A stretch of 34,652 bases of DNA, taken from contig NC_069004.1 in assembly GCF_001194135.2 (NCBI RefSeq), positions 17,299,158 through 17,333,809 of the forward strand, read 5' to 3'. Under the pieces are notes generated by a model. That model searched no databases, was not told the origin of the DNA, and saw only the letters and a list, made by a program, of their open reading frames with translations. Origin of the DNA: Octopus bimaculoides. Lineage: Eukaryota. The position numbers and the translations under genes were made by a program. This document shows, one piece after another, positions 34,320-34,652 of the stretch (position 1 is the first letter of the stretch; the number at the start of each line of letters is the position of its first letter).

Positions 34320-34620
34320 TACAGTTCTATATTTAAGAGATGAGGAATTATTTACATTATTTACATTATCTACATTTGACGGATATTCGTCCTCATCTTG
34401 TTTGTTGTTAACACAACGTTTCGGCTGATATACCCTCCAGCCTTCGTCAGGTGTCTTGGGGAAATTTCGAACCTGGGTTCTCATTCCTATCGATGTTACT
34501 ATTATTATTATATTATTATTATTATTATTATTATTAATCAGGTCGCTGCCGTGAATCGAACTCGGAACCTTGGGGTTAGTAGCCCGCGCTCTTAACCACT
34601 ACGCCATATGCCCGTGGGCA
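34320..34620 (-). mobile_element. tRNA-headed SINE-like element with hammerhead-bearing tail (intact copy)
   Basis: Minus strand order: TGCCCACGGGCA hairpin, A box TGGCGTAGTGG (34606-34596), B box GTTCGATTC (34561-34553), (ATA)n, linker, hammerhead, and tail ending TCTCTTAAATATAGAACTGTA. Confidence 0.85.
34410..34455 (-). ncRNA. Minimal type I hammerhead ribozyme (Penelope-like-element type)
   Basis: GACAC-CTGACGA-A-GGCTG(GAGGGTATAT)CAGCC-GAAA-C-GTT-GTGTT. Helix I GACAC/GTGTT, helix II GGCTG/CAGCC, self-complementary ACGT helix III, GUU cleavage triplet. Confidence 0.85.
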
Positions 34621-34652
34621 ATTATGGGGTGAATTTTAAGGCTTATAAATCT

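Noticed and set aside
34540-34613. tRNA gene (also heads at 6018, 8765, 9500-9640)
   Set aside because: A and B boxes are present but the acceptor and anticodon stems do not pair; these are SINE-type heads.

Overview
Repeat-dense, microsatellite-rich eukaryotic genomic DNA with seven N-gaps. The SINE/RTE repeat landscape resembles Octopus (coleoid cephalopod); this is an inference from recalled repeat sequences, not a search. Two host genes diverge head-to-head. On the minus strand is the first coding exon of an LRRC57 orthologue (4180-4674); its later exons were not found and probably lie left of the window. On the plus strand are coding exons 1-7 of COG6 (11488-33741), which splice by GT-AG into one open frame of 664 nt and continue beyond the window. 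The rest is mostly transposon debris: RTE-clade LINE fragments, tRNA-derived SINEs, Tc1/mariner and rosa-like relics, a hAT relic, MITEs and a gypsy-like Gag relic. The most interesting signal is a short dispersed element joining a tRNA-like Pol III head (A and B boxes) to a tail carrying a minimal type I hammerhead ribozyme of the Penelope-like-element kind. It occurs as an intact copy (34320-34620), a copy with a mutated helix III (17170-17410), and a head-to-head palindromic pair (9421-9720) in which the ribozyme is deleted from both arms with different breakpoints. Other notable items are an RTE LINE with a twin-priming-type 5' inversion, repeated 6-bp-stem/8-nt-loop hairpins in the RTE 3' UTR, and several fold-back inverted repeats inside introns. 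No CRISPR array, rRNA or bona fide tRNA gene was found.
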